From Escherichia phage AV112: a DNA stretch of 64,000 nt. Under the pieces are notes generated by a model that ran no database searches, was not told the origin of the DNA, and was given only the letters and a program-made list of their open reading frames with translations. A program made the position numbers and the translations under genes. The stretch is from the sequence record OR352942.1; one strand, given 5' to 3'. This document shows, piece by piece, positions 54,898 through 63,812 of the stretch (within the stretch, counting starts at the first letter, position 1; the number at the start of each line of letters is the position of its first letter).

Positions 54898-55847
54898 TAT
54901 AAAACCTCAATGGCATTTCGTAAACCATCCGCTTTTGCATTCAGAGCTTTTAATGATTTAGTTTGTTCTGCAATCTGGGCTTCAACTTCTTTCAGACGAG
55001 ATTTGAGGTATTCGCGTTCTTCTCTTAAGTTATCAACTTTTTCTGCTTTAGGCTCTTTAATAGGCTTAGGTTTATACGTATTAGGGTTCTTCAGTTTAAT
55101 TAGAATGCGTGAACTGTACAGCATTGAACCATTATCTTCGGTTTCGTCATACATTTCCACTACGTCCATCATCTCCACCATCGTGCAGAGTTTATAAGAC
55201 AACGAACGAATAGTTTTGTTGTGCTTATTAATTTCTTTAGAGTTCATGGTGCCTAGATTACGCGAGTAGTAATAAGGAACCTGGATATCAACTGACAATG
55301 ATGCGTTACCATTGCCAGTTGGTTTGAATACTGCAGTAACCCAATCTTTAACATGAACTTTATTTGTACGGCCATCACCGCCAGTGAATAATTTACGAGA
55401 ATGTTTAAAAAGCATATTCACTTGGTTATTGAATTCACAAGCAAATTTATCAGCAAATTTAGTTTCAGGAATGGTAGATAACCAATCAGCTAAATGAGTC
55501 TTTTTAACATCGTTAATAATAGTAAATTCAACCAAATCAGTTTTAGATGTCACAGATTTAATAAAGCTCGGCTTCATAAAGTTTTTAATGTTATCGCGAG
55601 CTACAGTAGAAGATAATAAACGAGAACGTTTGAACCATTGAAGCAGTGTCCCTAATGAATGAGAATACGCATTCTGAGTATCTTTACAGATATGATTTTC
55701 TTGGCCTGTGTATGTACCAAAATCGCGAAGAATACCGCTTACTACAACTCGGTGTGGAACATCAAATCCTAATGAACCAGAAGCACGTTGGGCATGAACG
55801 TTAGCGATAAGACCTGCAAAATAATCAATGTAATGTGAACGTGTCAT
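54897..55847 (-). CDS. hypothetical protein with C-terminal coiled coil (316 aa)
   Basis: C-terminal heptad-rich stretch KVDNLREEREYLKSRLKEVEAQIAEQTKSLKALNAKADGLRNAIEVL. Confidence 0.45.
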   Translation of the reverse strand: MTRSHYIDYFAGLIANVHAQRASGSLGFDVPHRVVVSGILRDFGTYTGQENHICKDTQNAYSHSLGTLLQWFKRSRLLSSTVARDNIKNFMKPSFIKSVTSKTDLVEFTIINDVKKTHLADWLSTIPETKFADKFACEFNNQVNMLFKHSRKLFTGGDGRTNKVHVKDWVTAVFKPTGNGNASLSVDIQVPYYYSRNLGTMNSKEINKHNKTIRSLSYKLCTMVEMMDVVEMYDETEDNGSMLYSSRILIKLKNPNTYKPKPIKEPKAEKVDNLREEREYLKSRLKEVEAQIAEQTKSLKALNAKADGLRNAIEVL

Positions 55848-55905
55848 AATATTTTCCTCTCGTTAAGATAGAAAGATTATACTCCAACCGTCCTTGGTTG
55901 TAAAC
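55848..55905 (-). promoter_or_regulatory. PeSL-like early promoter cassette; direct repeat of 13405-13464
   Basis: GTTAAGATAGAAAGATTATACTCCAACCGTCCTTGGTTGTAAACTG: 45 bp with 1 mismatch to the copy at 13421. Confidence 0.55.
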
Positions 55906-55909
55906 TGAT

Positions 55910-56842
55910 TTATGATTTTAATGCATTCATTGCGTTAAAAAGTTTAGAGTACTGCAACTGGAGCTTGGTAACTACTTGTTGAGCATCACGAAGCTTAGCT
56001 TGTGCTTTGTCAAGTTCAACAGACAGTTGATCCACAGTGCCTTTGATTTGATTATAATAGTAATCTTCGGCAGGAAGAAGGCCGTTAGAGATTTCCAGTT
56101 TAGTCGTCGGTGTGCCGTTAAACATAACAGGTTGTGCTGAAGCTGCATTAATCTTACCGATAGTCGGGGCGACAATAATTGACGCTTCGAACGTTGCATT
56201 TTCCTTTTTAAGATTTTGATAGTATTCAGAGTCTTTGTGCCACCATGGCGCAGGAACCTTTTTACCAATAGATACACGAGCCTGGATAGCGATATGGCCC
56301 TTATTCTTGATAACGTCGATAATATTAAGCTCACGAGAATAAATTGCTTTAATCTGGTGAATATTATCACCTAACACTTCCAACGCTTGGTGGAATACAC
56401 GAGCAACGTTATCATTCTTAGGTTTATACGTAAGAGTGAACTCGTTCTCACTGATAACCATGATTTCTAACTTATCGTAAGTATATTTCAAATGTTTCAT
56501 GTTAATTGCTTGAGGACGAATACGAGAAGCAATGGCCATCAGATTGTTAAGGTTATTCCGGAACTGCTTAGCGAAATATTGTCCTTCACCACCAATACAA
56601 AAATTACGAAGTTTCTGTTTGGCTAATAAACGGCTGAACTCACCGTTTTTAATGAACTCTTTAACGGGTGTGTTAGTAACGCATTCAAATTGAGTAAACT
56701 TACGAGAAGTAATCCCATAATATGAACAGATTTCCTCAATCTCTTCAGGAGTCTTTACAGGCATACGGATAGGATTAGGACCTGGGGTATATGCGTTCGA
56801 GGTAAATTCTTTGATAAGTTCTCTACGTGTAATAGAAGCCAT
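55910..56842 (-). CDS. hypothetical protein with C-terminal coiled coil (310 aa)
   Basis: C-terminal DQLSVELDKAQAKLRDAQQVVTKLQLQYSKLFNAMNALKS. Confidence 0.45.
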   Translation of the reverse strand: MASITRRELIKEFTSNAYTPGPNPIRMPVKTPEEIEEICSYYGITSRKFTQFECVTNTPVKEFIKNGEFSRLLAKQKLRNFCIGGEGQYFAKQFRNNLNNLMAIASRIRPQAINMKHLKYTYDKLEIMVISENEFTLTYKPKNDNVARVFHQALEVLGDNIHQIKAIYSRELNIIDVIKNKGHIAIQARVSIGKKVPAPWWHKDSEYYQNLKKENATFEASIIVAPTIGKINAASAQPVMFNGTPTTKLEISNGLLPAEDYYYNQIKGTVDQLSVELDKAQAKLRDAQQVVTKLQLQYSKLFNAMNALKS

Positions 56843-56897
56843 TTTATATTCCTCATGTTGAAAAATTTATTATACTCCAACCATCCTTGGTTGTACA
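56843..56897 (-). promoter_or_regulatory. PeSL-like early promoter cassette (same repeat family)
   Basis: TATTATACTCCAACCATCCTTGGTTGTACA. Confidence 0.5.
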
Positions 56898-57893
56898 TCA
56901 TTCCTTAAGAAGTTTTACTACTTGAATAAGATTAGCTCGTTCTGTTTTATTTTTACCGTTTAAGCCTGCTAATCGTGAGATTTCATCGTCAGTCTGTTGA
57001 ATAGTTACATTAAGTTCGTTAATCAAAGCTTCAAAGTATTTGATTTGCTCAGCATGTTTTGATTCAAATTTCTGAACCGGAATAACGTCTTGGTTTAGTT
57101 CATCAATAAGGTCTTTAAGAGCATCTTCTTGATTGATATCATATTCAACTTCTTTTATTTCTTCAACGAGCTCGTCTTTATATCTAACGTCTTTTAGTCC
57201 TGGTGCTGGTCCTGAAATCTCTTCTTTAAGAGTACAAACATATCCAATACGGTATCCAATGCCGTCTCGCTTGATATCAACTTCGTCAATAAATCCACAA
57301 TGTTTAAGACCAGAGCCGATTAAGTCAAAATATCCTTGACGACGTCCTTCAAACGTTACACGAACTACTAAGACAGTTTTACCTGCAACCTTTTGAAGCT
57401 CACATTTATAAAAGTTTGTTGAACCTGAATAACGTGGATGAGTTTTAAAGTTCATCTGACGATCTAGGCCCATTTGTAAGCGTGCTGATACGGCCATAAA
57501 ACGTGTTTGGTTCTCGTTAAGATGAGCAACAATCCATTTCAAAGGCATTTTACACTGTTCACGACCGAACAAATCAGTACGTCCTAGATTACGCAGGATG
57601 TTGTTAGAGTTAATCATCGACAGAACATTAAGTTTATTCAGCGCGCTGAAGATTCCATCAGCCATTGATTTTCCGTAACCTTTACACGCTTTAATAAGCG
57701 CTCGCGGTAGATTAGCATAGATTTCAGACGGCATATGAAAATCAAATTTACTAGTCAGTAATTGATGAACTTGGATAGCAATTTGCTCATAATTAAGTGC
57801 TCTGCGATCATTATGATCTTTAAACCACACTTTAATCTGTGAAGCACATAAACCGTTAATTTCATGTTTTACCGCATCAGATGTAATGCTCAT
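56898..57893 (-). CDS. hypothetical protein with C-terminal coiled coil (331 aa)
   Basis: C-terminal EQIKYFEALINELNVTIQQTDDEISRLAGL... Confidence 0.45.
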   Translation of the reverse strand: MSITSDAVKHEINGLCASQIKVWFKDHNDRRALNYEQIAIQVHQLLTSKFDFHMPSEIYANLPRALIKACKGYGKSMADGIFSALNKLNVLSMINSNNILRNLGRTDLFGREQCKMPLKWIVAHLNENQTRFMAVSARLQMGLDRQMNFKTHPRYSGSTNFYKCELQKVAGKTVLVVRVTFEGRRQGYFDLIGSGLKHCGFIDEVDIKRDGIGYRIGYVCTLKEEISGPAPGLKDVRYKDELVEEIKEVEYDINQEDALKDLIDELNQDVIPVQKFESKHAEQIKYFEALINELNVTIQQTDDEISRLAGLNGKNKTERANLIQVVKLLKE

Positions 57894-57955
57894 ATCTATT
57901 TCCTCAGATTGAATTGGAACTCAAAACCATTATAACCCGTCCTTGGGTAAAGCGT
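57894..57955 (-). promoter_or_regulatory. degenerate promoter cassette (MotA-box-like aaaCGCTTTA - 13 nt - TATAAT)
   Basis: Minus strand CGCTTTACCCAAGGACGGGTTATAAT; related to the repeat family. Confidence 0.35.
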
Positions 57956-58483
57956 TTATGCGTGAACCGTCTTTAAACGTTCTTCAAATTTCCGAAGAGT
58001 ACTAATACGTTCTGCTTTCTGTTTTGTATAGTTTGCAATACGTTCTGAAGTGAGAGCGTATCGTTCGTTTACTGTTTCTTTCATGAAGTCAGGGATTTCA
58101 CGAGAAGCTTTAATTTCATCAAACTTATCGAGTACTGCCTGGTCTTCAGCGATTAAATTTTCGTACATCTCGATATCTTTCTTGATGAAGTCGATATCTT
58201 CCTGGGTTACTTTGGATAAACGAGATGCTTTATCCTTTTTGTATTGCTCGTTAGTTTCACGAGACCAGAATAATGTACGTTTTTTGTTAGTGTTTTTGTA
58301 GACTTCCACAATTCCAACTGAATCGATGATAGCAATCCAATTCCAGCGAGATTTGAAAATCTGACCTCCGTCCACGGTAATCTCGTTACCATAAGCAACA
58401 TCATTAAAGAACTTGCTTTGTGCTTCAGATTTAAATTTACCGTCGTTATAATTTACCAGGTTGAAAATATCTTTAGCGTTCAT
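57956..58483 (-). CDS. hypothetical protein (175 aa)
   Basis: ORF-track ORF downstream of a PeSL cassette. Confidence 0.4.
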   Translation of the reverse strand: MNAKDIFNLVNYNDGKFKSEAQSKFFNDVAYGNEITVDGGQIFKSRWNWIAIIDSVGIVEVYKNTNKKRTLFWSRETNEQYKKDKASRLSKVTQEDIDFIKKDIEMYENLIAEDQAVLDKFDEIKASREIPDFMKETVNERYALTSERIANYTKQKAERISTLRKFEERLKTVHA

Positions 58484-58540
58484 GTTTTACCTCCAGTAGT
58501 TGATAGGTCTATAATAACACAACCATAGACCTTGTAAACA
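58484..58540 (-). promoter_or_regulatory. PeSL-like early promoter/stem-loop cassette
   Basis: Minus strand GTTTAC-N17-TATTAT; shares a 31-bp core with 24819-24849 but the downstream stem arm is replaced by ATAGACC, which pairs with GGTCTAT. Confidence 0.55.
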
Positions 58541-58541
58541 A

Positions 58542-58829
58542 CTAAAAGAAACTTTTTTCGGTATTTTTTCCACTGAACCAAACCGACTTCGGGACTTTCT
58601 GTAATTTTTCGGATTTAAGTTTCTCTTCCTGTTCTTTCTTATATGCATCCTTGTCGTACTGGAACAATTCTAAGGCATTCTTTTGTAGACGGTCTAAGGT
58701 AATTAAGGCTTTAGTTTTTCCTTTCAAGGAAGAGTCCTGGCGAACCTCCTCGCTATATTGCATCGTAGAACTAACCATACGATGAGCATACAGTTCGACT
58801 GCGGCTTTAATTTTTTGCATAAAATCCAT
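58542..58829 (-). CDS. hypothetical protein (95 aa)
   Basis: AGAGGA Shine-Dalgarno before the ATG. Confidence 0.4.
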   Translation of the reverse strand: MDFMQKIKAAVELYAHRMVSSTMQYSEEVRQDSSLKGKTKALITLDRLQKNALELFQYDKDAYKKEQEEKLKSEKLQKVPKSVWFSGKNTEKSFF

Positions 58830-58967
58830 AACATATCCTCTTTGATTTGTACACCATTATTTTTAAATATTTCTATGCCCTCAGTAGGTTCCTGGTGTCC
58901 TTCTTTGAGGTAAGCCATATGATTATTCATCTTTATGGCTTTTGTTACCTCAGAACTTCCTATAAGC

Positions 58968-59948
58968 TTATTTCAGTAAAGTAACTTCAGAGATTTCCTC
59001 CCAACCATCTTTATCAGTTGAAATAAAATCTGCTACATAAAGAGCCGTACGTAATGATACATTGCGAAGACGAGATACATTAGCCTTCATCCAGGACAAT
59101 GCTTTATACGTTTCTGCATCTGTCAGACCACGTTTCTGCATCATGTCAGTAGATAATATTACATCTTCAACTCGAACCATAATCTCTTCATTAGAGTGTA
59201 CTCCAAGGTCGAGATACACTGAACGAGATACTAAAGCTTGAAGGTGTGGGGCAAGTTTCGAACCGCGTTCTAACTCTTTATCGATATCAACGTTTGTAAT
59301 GAAAACGATAGTACCTTCAAACTCAAATTCTTTATCAATACCCTTATCATCGAGATAAGATGACGCAGTGCTCCAACAAACTTTGCGTTTATCTCCAGTA
59401 TCTAATGCTGCTTTAAGAAGGTTCAAGATGTCCATATCTGAGAATACGTCAACGTCGTCGATTAAGAGAACGCTGTCTGCATCACGGTTGAGCCAAAGTT
59501 GTTCGTAAAGGCCAATACCGGAGATTTTACCATTAATGCTTTTGTATTTGATGAAACCATTATCATTAGCGTTATTAAGTGCTTTATCCAGAGAATACGT
59601 CTTACCAATACCGGCTGCACCTGAAATAATGAGTGAACGAATTTTGCCATCGATAATGCCATTCGTCATCATGTTCATTACTTTAAAGCGTTTGTTGATA
59701 CGAGTTTTCATATCTTCAGTGCTTTCAACAACTGCAACTGGTGACGTCTCAACTCCTTCCATTACGATGTCTGATTTGAAGACCCATACTCCACGTTCAG
59801 ACCCATCAATCATAACGAAAATTTTACCATCACCTAAGTGGGAACATTCAGGATTAAGCTTTGCTGGGAACCATGTCTTTGTGGCAACATAAGAACCAGA
59901 GATTTCGTTATTACGATAAATACCTTTTTTGATTTGAACGTTGAACAT
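58968..59948 (-). CDS. P-loop (AAA-like) ATPase, about 326 aa (start at MFNVQ)
   Basis: Walker A GAAGIGKT, Walker B LLIDDVD; the second ATG has a GGAG Shine-Dalgarno. Confidence 0.5.
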   Translation of the reverse strand: MFNVQIKKGIYRNNEISGSYVATKTWFPAKLNPECSHLGDGKIFVMIDGSERGVWVFKSDIVMEGVETSPVAVVESTEDMKTRINKRFKVMNMMTNGIIDGKIRSLIISGAAGIGKTYSLDKALNNANDNGFIKYKSINGKISGIGLYEQLWLNRDADSVLLIDDVDVFSDMDILNLLKAALDTGDKRKVCWSTASSYLDDKGIDKEFEFEGTIVFITNVDIDKELERGSKLAPHLQALVSRSVYLDLGVHSNEEIMVRVEDVILSTDMMQKRGLTDAETYKALSWMKANVSRLRNVSLRTALYVADFISTDKDGWEEISEVTLLK

Positions 59949-60015
59949 TTTATTCTCCAATTTACTCATTTCGTTTCGATAGGTCTATAATAACATGTTT
60001 AAAGCAAAAGTAAAC
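59949..60015 (-). promoter_or_regulatory. PeSL-like early promoter cassette
   Basis: Minus strand GTTTAC-N17-TATTAT with GATAGGTCTATAATAAC core. Confidence 0.45.
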
Positions 60016-60017
60016 AA

Positions 60018-60236
60018 TTATTTGCGACGAGATTTTTTGGTAAGAGGTTGAAAGAACACTGCTTTACCTGCTGGGGTTAAGGTGACTCGTAATGCATTAC
60101 CGATTCCTAAGGATGCTTTAACTAGACCTTTAGCTTTCAGTTCACCGAATGCTTGACGTTGGTCTGCATCACGAGTGTTAACCATAAGACCTTTATCACC
60201 TGCTTCACGAATCATTTCTAACATTTTGGTTTTCAT
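60018..60236 (-). CDS. hypothetical basic protein (about 72 aa; start at MKTKM)
   Basis: ORF-track first ATG lies in the PeSL cassette; GAGGAG Shine-Dalgarno before the internal ATG. Confidence 0.4.
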   Translation of the reverse strand: MKTKMLEMIREAGDKGLMVNTRDADQRQAFGELKAKGLVKASLGIGNALRVTLTPAGKAVFFQPLTKKSRRK

Positions 60237-60292
60237 TTTGTTCTCCTCTTGTTTTGATAGGTCTATAATAACATATCCTAAAAGCATGTACA
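60237..60292 (-). promoter_or_regulatory. PeSL-like early promoter cassette
   Basis: TGTACA -35-like, TATTAT -10, GATAGGTCTATAATAAC core. Confidence 0.45.
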
Positions 60293-60314
60293 CTACTTTT
60301 TAAAAATATTTTAA

Positions 60315-60340
60315 CCCCCTAAAGGGACCCGAAGGTCCCC
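60315..60340 (-). terminator. UUCG-tetraloop terminator hairpin
   Basis: Minus strand GGGGACC-ttcg-GGTCCC followed by TTTAGGGGGTT. Confidence 0.5.
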
Positions 60341-60344
60341 ACAT

Positions 60345-60626
60345 TTACTTATCGCACTTAGCAACATAATTAGGCATATCACAGAATACGGAGCGAGTAA
60401 CTACTCGGCCCTTTGACCATGCTTCAGTTGCTTGTCCGGCTGTGCTATTAATATAGCTTGATCTAATGTTCTCAATACCCTGAGAATGTGATGCATTTAC
60501 CGAACCATTAGAAGACCCAGAAGACTGGTTACCACCAGCTCCTGCGCTACCGCTGGCTGCACCCGTGGTAGCACCAACAGAGAATGCCATCATTACTGCG
60601 AATAAACCAATTACTATTTTTTTCAT
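60345..60626 (-). CDS. secreted Gly/Ser-rich protein with signal peptide (93 aa)
   Basis: MKKIVIGLFAVMMAFSVGA signal peptide; low-complexity G/S region; two C-terminal Cys. Confidence 0.45.
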   Translation of the reverse strand: MKKIVIGLFAVMMAFSVGATTGAASGSAGAGGNQSSGSSNGSVNASHSQGIENIRSSYINSTAGQATEAWSKGRVVTRSVFCDMPNYVAKCDK

Positions 60627-60657
60627 ATTTACCTCAAGTTAATGGTTATTTATCTAC

Positions 60658-61647
60658 TTATTTATAGTAAGAATTATGATTTTCGAGATAGACTTGTTCA
60701 AGGAAGTCATCCCAGAAACTCATATCTACTTTTTGTTGCATACCGTTCTTGGCAGCTTGTTCTGATGCATGTTCAACTTGGTCAACGATATCTTCTAGGA
60801 ATTCTTGTACAGTTTTAAACGTATGTTTACCAAGCTTAACATCGAGAATAAATGGAGCATCCTGAAGTGGGTAAACCAGGTCGCCGGTTTTATAAATTTC
60901 TAATAGTTGAAGTCCACCACGACATGCATGACTCAATGCTTTCCAGTCAATACCTTCGTTAGCTTCTGCCTTACGAGCACGTTCACCATAGTTCTCTTCC
61001 AGTTTAACCAGGATGGCATTGAACTCTTTATTGGTTAACGTGTCTTGGAATTTACGGTCTAACAGATTATAGAATGTTTGCTTACCTGTTTTCTCGTTTT
61101 CAGTTTCAACCCACGAAGCAAATTCACCTACAGGCAGAACATTCTTCATATGTGATAAACGAATTACTGCACCATTATCAAAGTATTGTCCCCATTCATT
61201 AGAACGTTTAAGGGCTTGACGAAGAACAGCCAGTCGAGAACCCTTGACACCGTATTTAGAAGCTTGTTTACGGACATACCCTAAATAAGATTTCATGTTA
61301 GTGGTATAGAAACGAGACCTGTTATCTTGAATATACTTCCATACATCAGGCAAATCGGATTTAACTACTAAACTTGGTGGAGTGTGAAGCATATCTAATG
61401 CGACGGTTTCGCCATCTGCAGCTAGTTTAAAGAAATATTTGAGACTATACAACTCATGGTCCACGTCGTCTTTTGTGTTCTTAGAAGATGTGTTATTTGT
61501 GTTCTTGCTCATATGTTCTTTAACGTTACCGGTCAAGATATCACGAGCATGAGGGACATAAATTTCTTTAAAATCGACGTCAGATTCAGGAGTAGACGTT
61601 CCATAAAGGTGGCTACCAAAGTAGCCTTTCATAATTGTTTTCATCAT
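60658..61647 (-). CDS. nucleotidyltransferase-fold (pol-beta superfamily, MNT-like) protein, 329 aa
   Basis: N-terminal GSHLYGTSTPESDVD matches the G-S-x(9-13)-D-x-D NTase motif. Confidence 0.45.
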   Translation of the reverse strand: MMKTIMKGYFGSHLYGTSTPESDVDFKEIYVPHARDILTGNVKEHMSKNTNNTSSKNTKDDVDHELYSLKYFFKLAADGETVALDMLHTPPSLVVKSDLPDVWKYIQDNRSRFYTTNMKSYLGYVRKQASKYGVKGSRLAVLRQALKRSNEWGQYFDNGAVIRLSHMKNVLPVGEFASWVETENEKTGKQTFYNLLDRKFQDTLTNKEFNAILVKLEENYGERARKAEANEGIDWKALSHACRGGLQLLEIYKTGDLVYPLQDAPFILDVKLGKHTFKTVQEFLEDIVDQVEHASEQAAKNGMQQKVDMSFWDDFLEQVYLENHNSYYK

Positions 61648-62117
61648 TTGGCCTTATATTCGAGAGTAGGACAGATTTTTTCTTTACGAGCTTTAAGGTA
61701 TTCACCTATTAATGATTTCTTACGTTCAATAGGCTCAAGACCATTTTTAATTCGTTCTTGGTTTTGTGCAATGAGCTCAATTTCTTTATAATATTTTCTG
61801 TCGTTATATTTGTCTAACAACCAAGACGGACCAATTACCAACCCGGTAGCAATAAAAGCCATGACTGCTACCATTAAAATGCCTACACCAATTGAGGCCG
61901 GAACTAATGTCCATAGACTGCTAAAAACAAAGAATCTAGTTAAAATTTCCTGGCCAATGATTACTACTGCTGCTAAAATAGCAAATCCAATAATTGAAAC
62001 AGACAATACTGGGATTAACGTTTTCCAAAAATAAGCACACAACGTTTTCGGGCGATTCCATGTACTATTGAACGCGGCATAAATTTTAAAGTGCCAAGAG
62101 TTTTCATTGATAATCAT
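61644..62117 (-). CDS. membrane protein (157 aa, about three TM helices)
   Basis: Hydrophobic segments; overlaps the start of the NTase-fold gene by 4 nt. Confidence 0.45.
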   Translation of the reverse strand: MIINENSWHFKIYAAFNSTWNRPKTLCAYFWKTLIPVLSVSIIGFAILAAVVIIGQEILTRFFVFSSLWTLVPASIGVGILMVAVMAFIATGLVIGPSWLLDKYNDRKYYKEIELIAQNQERIKNGLEPIERKKSLIGEYLKARKEKICPTLEYKAK

Positions 62118-62126
62118 AATAATTCC

Positions 62127-62657
62127 TTATTTCAAAGTCGGGATAATAGAATCAAGATAAGCTTTAAGAGCAACTGCTTCATCTTTGTCTAATGTAATGA
62201 TATGTTGACGAAGGTCATCAATTTGACGAATAACTACGACATCGCCATCTTCATAAGAAGGATTAACGCCTAAGACCGTTGTAGAGTCAGGGTTGGCCGG
62301 ATTTGTAATAAAAGCATTACGGCATTTAGCCCATTGAAGTTTGGCCTTTTTGGCTGTTTCAGATTCCACGAATTCTTTCACCTTAGTGACGAATGTTTTC
62401 CAATTATTAATAGAAAAACATTCGTCTTCAGTTTCGATATTAACCCCACTATAAAGTCCATGATAAAAACGAACTTGAAGGTCTTCGTCAATGTTAATTA
62501 CAGATGCATGGCCCGGTGGATTGAGTTTCAAAATCTTGTCCAGTTCCATAGGAAGAATAGTAGCAGCATCATCTTCTTGTGTCAGAACATACACATAACC
62601 ACGTTTTTCGATACATAAATCACCAAACAACTCGGTTGTTTCAATTACAGTTTTCAT
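62127..62657 (-). CDS. hypothetical protein (about 176 aa; start at MKTVIE)
   Basis: ORF-track ORF; the first codon in the track is TTG. Confidence 0.4.
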   Translation of the reverse strand: MKTVIETTELFGDLCIEKRGYVYVLTQEDDAATILPMELDKILKLNPPGHASVINIDEDLQVRFYHGLYSGVNIETEDECFSINNWKTFVTKVKEFVESETAKKAKLQWAKCRNAFITNPANPDSTTVLGVNPSYEDGDVVVIRQIDDLRQHIITLDKDEAVALKAYLDSIIPTLK

Positions 62658-62658
62658 A

Positions 62659-62837
62659 TTATTCACCAATTAAAGTTTCAACAAAATTCACCAAAGCATT
62701 CTGGCAAGCATCAACCTGATTTTCATAAAAGTCTCCGTTATCATTTACCGCATGATAAGCTACATCATTCAAATCTGAATCGGCTTCACGTAAGTCACGG
62801 ATAAGGTCCATCAATTTATTAGCTTGTTCACGGGTCA
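62659..62837 (-). CDS. small acidic protein (about 58 aa), below ORF-track cutoff
   Basis: Hand translation MTREQANKLMDLIRDLREADSDLNDVAYHAVNDNGDFYENQVDACQNALVNFVETLIGE. Confidence 0.3.
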
Positions 62838-62945
62838 TTTTACCATACTCGTTTCAATAAGATTCACTATGCCGTTTACCATGTTATAAGTAAACATCGG
62901 ATAATTGTATTGTACTACAACATAAGCGATAAGCAAAAGTTTCAT

Positions 62946-63003
62946 TTTGTTCTCCATTTGTTTTGGTAGGATTACTATATCATAGTCCTACCAAGACGTA
63001 AAC
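62946..63003 (-). promoter_or_regulatory. PeSL-like early promoter/stem-loop cassette
   Basis: Minus strand GTTTAC-N18-TATAGT; inverted repeat GGTAGGA/TCCTACC; GGAG Shine-Dalgarno. Confidence 0.5.
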
Positions 63004-63236
63004 TACCGATTGTGTTTTAAATGTTGATAAAGTTCTTCAACTTGTTTAGGGTCCAAAACAATTAAGTCATTTTCTTGGCGAAGATAAATCCATCCCTTAT
63101 CCCCAGGGCCATTTTTACAAAACATCACCACCGTATCATCATCTTCAGCGCTTTCAGGTAAAAGTTCAAGTACACCGTCTTCAGATTTTCCAGTATAATC
63201 GTAAAGCATAATGTCCTCACATAATCTCGTTAACAT
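63003..63236 (-). CDS. hypothetical acidic protein (77 aa)
   Basis: ORF-track ORF. Confidence 0.4.
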   Translation of the reverse strand: MLTRLCEDIMLYDYTGKSEDGVLELLPESAEDDDTVVMFCKNGPGDKGWIYLRQENDLIVLDPKQVEELYQHLKHNR

Positions 63237-63396
63237 ACATTTGTAATTCGGTGTGGGCTTCGGCCATCTTTTTCATAGCTTTGTTAATGTCGATGTCTCC
63301 ATCTTCGCATCCATGAGCATTTTCCCAATCAGATACCGCATTAGCGTACTCTTCAATCAAAAACATTAACTTAGAAATTTTTTCTTTACGTGTCAT
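63217..63396 (-). CDS. hypothetical protein (about 59 aa; start at MTRKEK)
   Basis: ORF-track first ATG lies in the PeSL cassette; GGAG Shine-Dalgarno before the internal ATG. Confidence 0.35.
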   Translation of the reverse strand: MTRKEKISKLMFLIEEYANAVSDWENAHGCEDGDIDINKAMKKMAEAHTELQMYVNEIM

Positions 63397-63452
63397 AACG
63401 TTCTCCTCTAGTAAGTAAAGACTACTATAACACAACCTGAGGAGAAGTAAAC
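63397..63452 (-). promoter_or_regulatory. PeSL-like early promoter cassette
   Basis: Minus strand GTTTAC-N17-TATAGT; inverted repeat TCTCCTC/GAGGAGA. Confidence 0.5.
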
Positions 63453-63457
63453 TGCTA

Positions 63458-63492
63458 AACGCAAAAAAGCCCCAACCATAAGGAAGGGGCTA
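63458..63492 (-). terminator. rho-independent terminator-like hairpin
   Basis: Minus strand AGCCCC...GGGGCT followed by TTTTTTG. Confidence 0.45.
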
Positions 63493-63497
63493 GTAAA

Positions 63498-63800
63498 TTA
63501 GATAGATGTAGGCTCTAATTTTATTTTCATGAACTCGGCAAATTGTCTGGCAGTTTTTATGCCTTGTTCATGACATTCAAATGCATCATCACAGGGGCTA
63601 TTTTTGTAATGCTTTGCCATATACTTATAGAATTTTTCAGAATTCTCGACATTTTGAATTTCAAACAAAGTATATACGTTTTTAATCCCTGATTCCATAA
63701 AGTTATCAAAATATGGGTCGGTATACGCAGTACCAACGTTAGGAGTTGTTGCTGCAAAAAACCCCAGCATCGCCATGACAGCTATCGCTCTTAAGGCCAT
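63498..63800 (-). CDS. secreted protein with signal peptide (100 aa)
   Basis: MALRAIAVMAMLGFFAATT signal peptide; strong AGGAGG Shine-Dalgarno. Confidence 0.45.
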   Translation of the reverse strand: MALRAIAVMAMLGFFAATTPNVGTAYTDPYFDNFMESGIKNVYTLFEIQNVENSEKFYKYMAKHYKNSPCDDAFECHEQGIKTARQFAEFMKIKLEPTSI

Positions 63801-63812
63801 ATAGGCCTCCTG

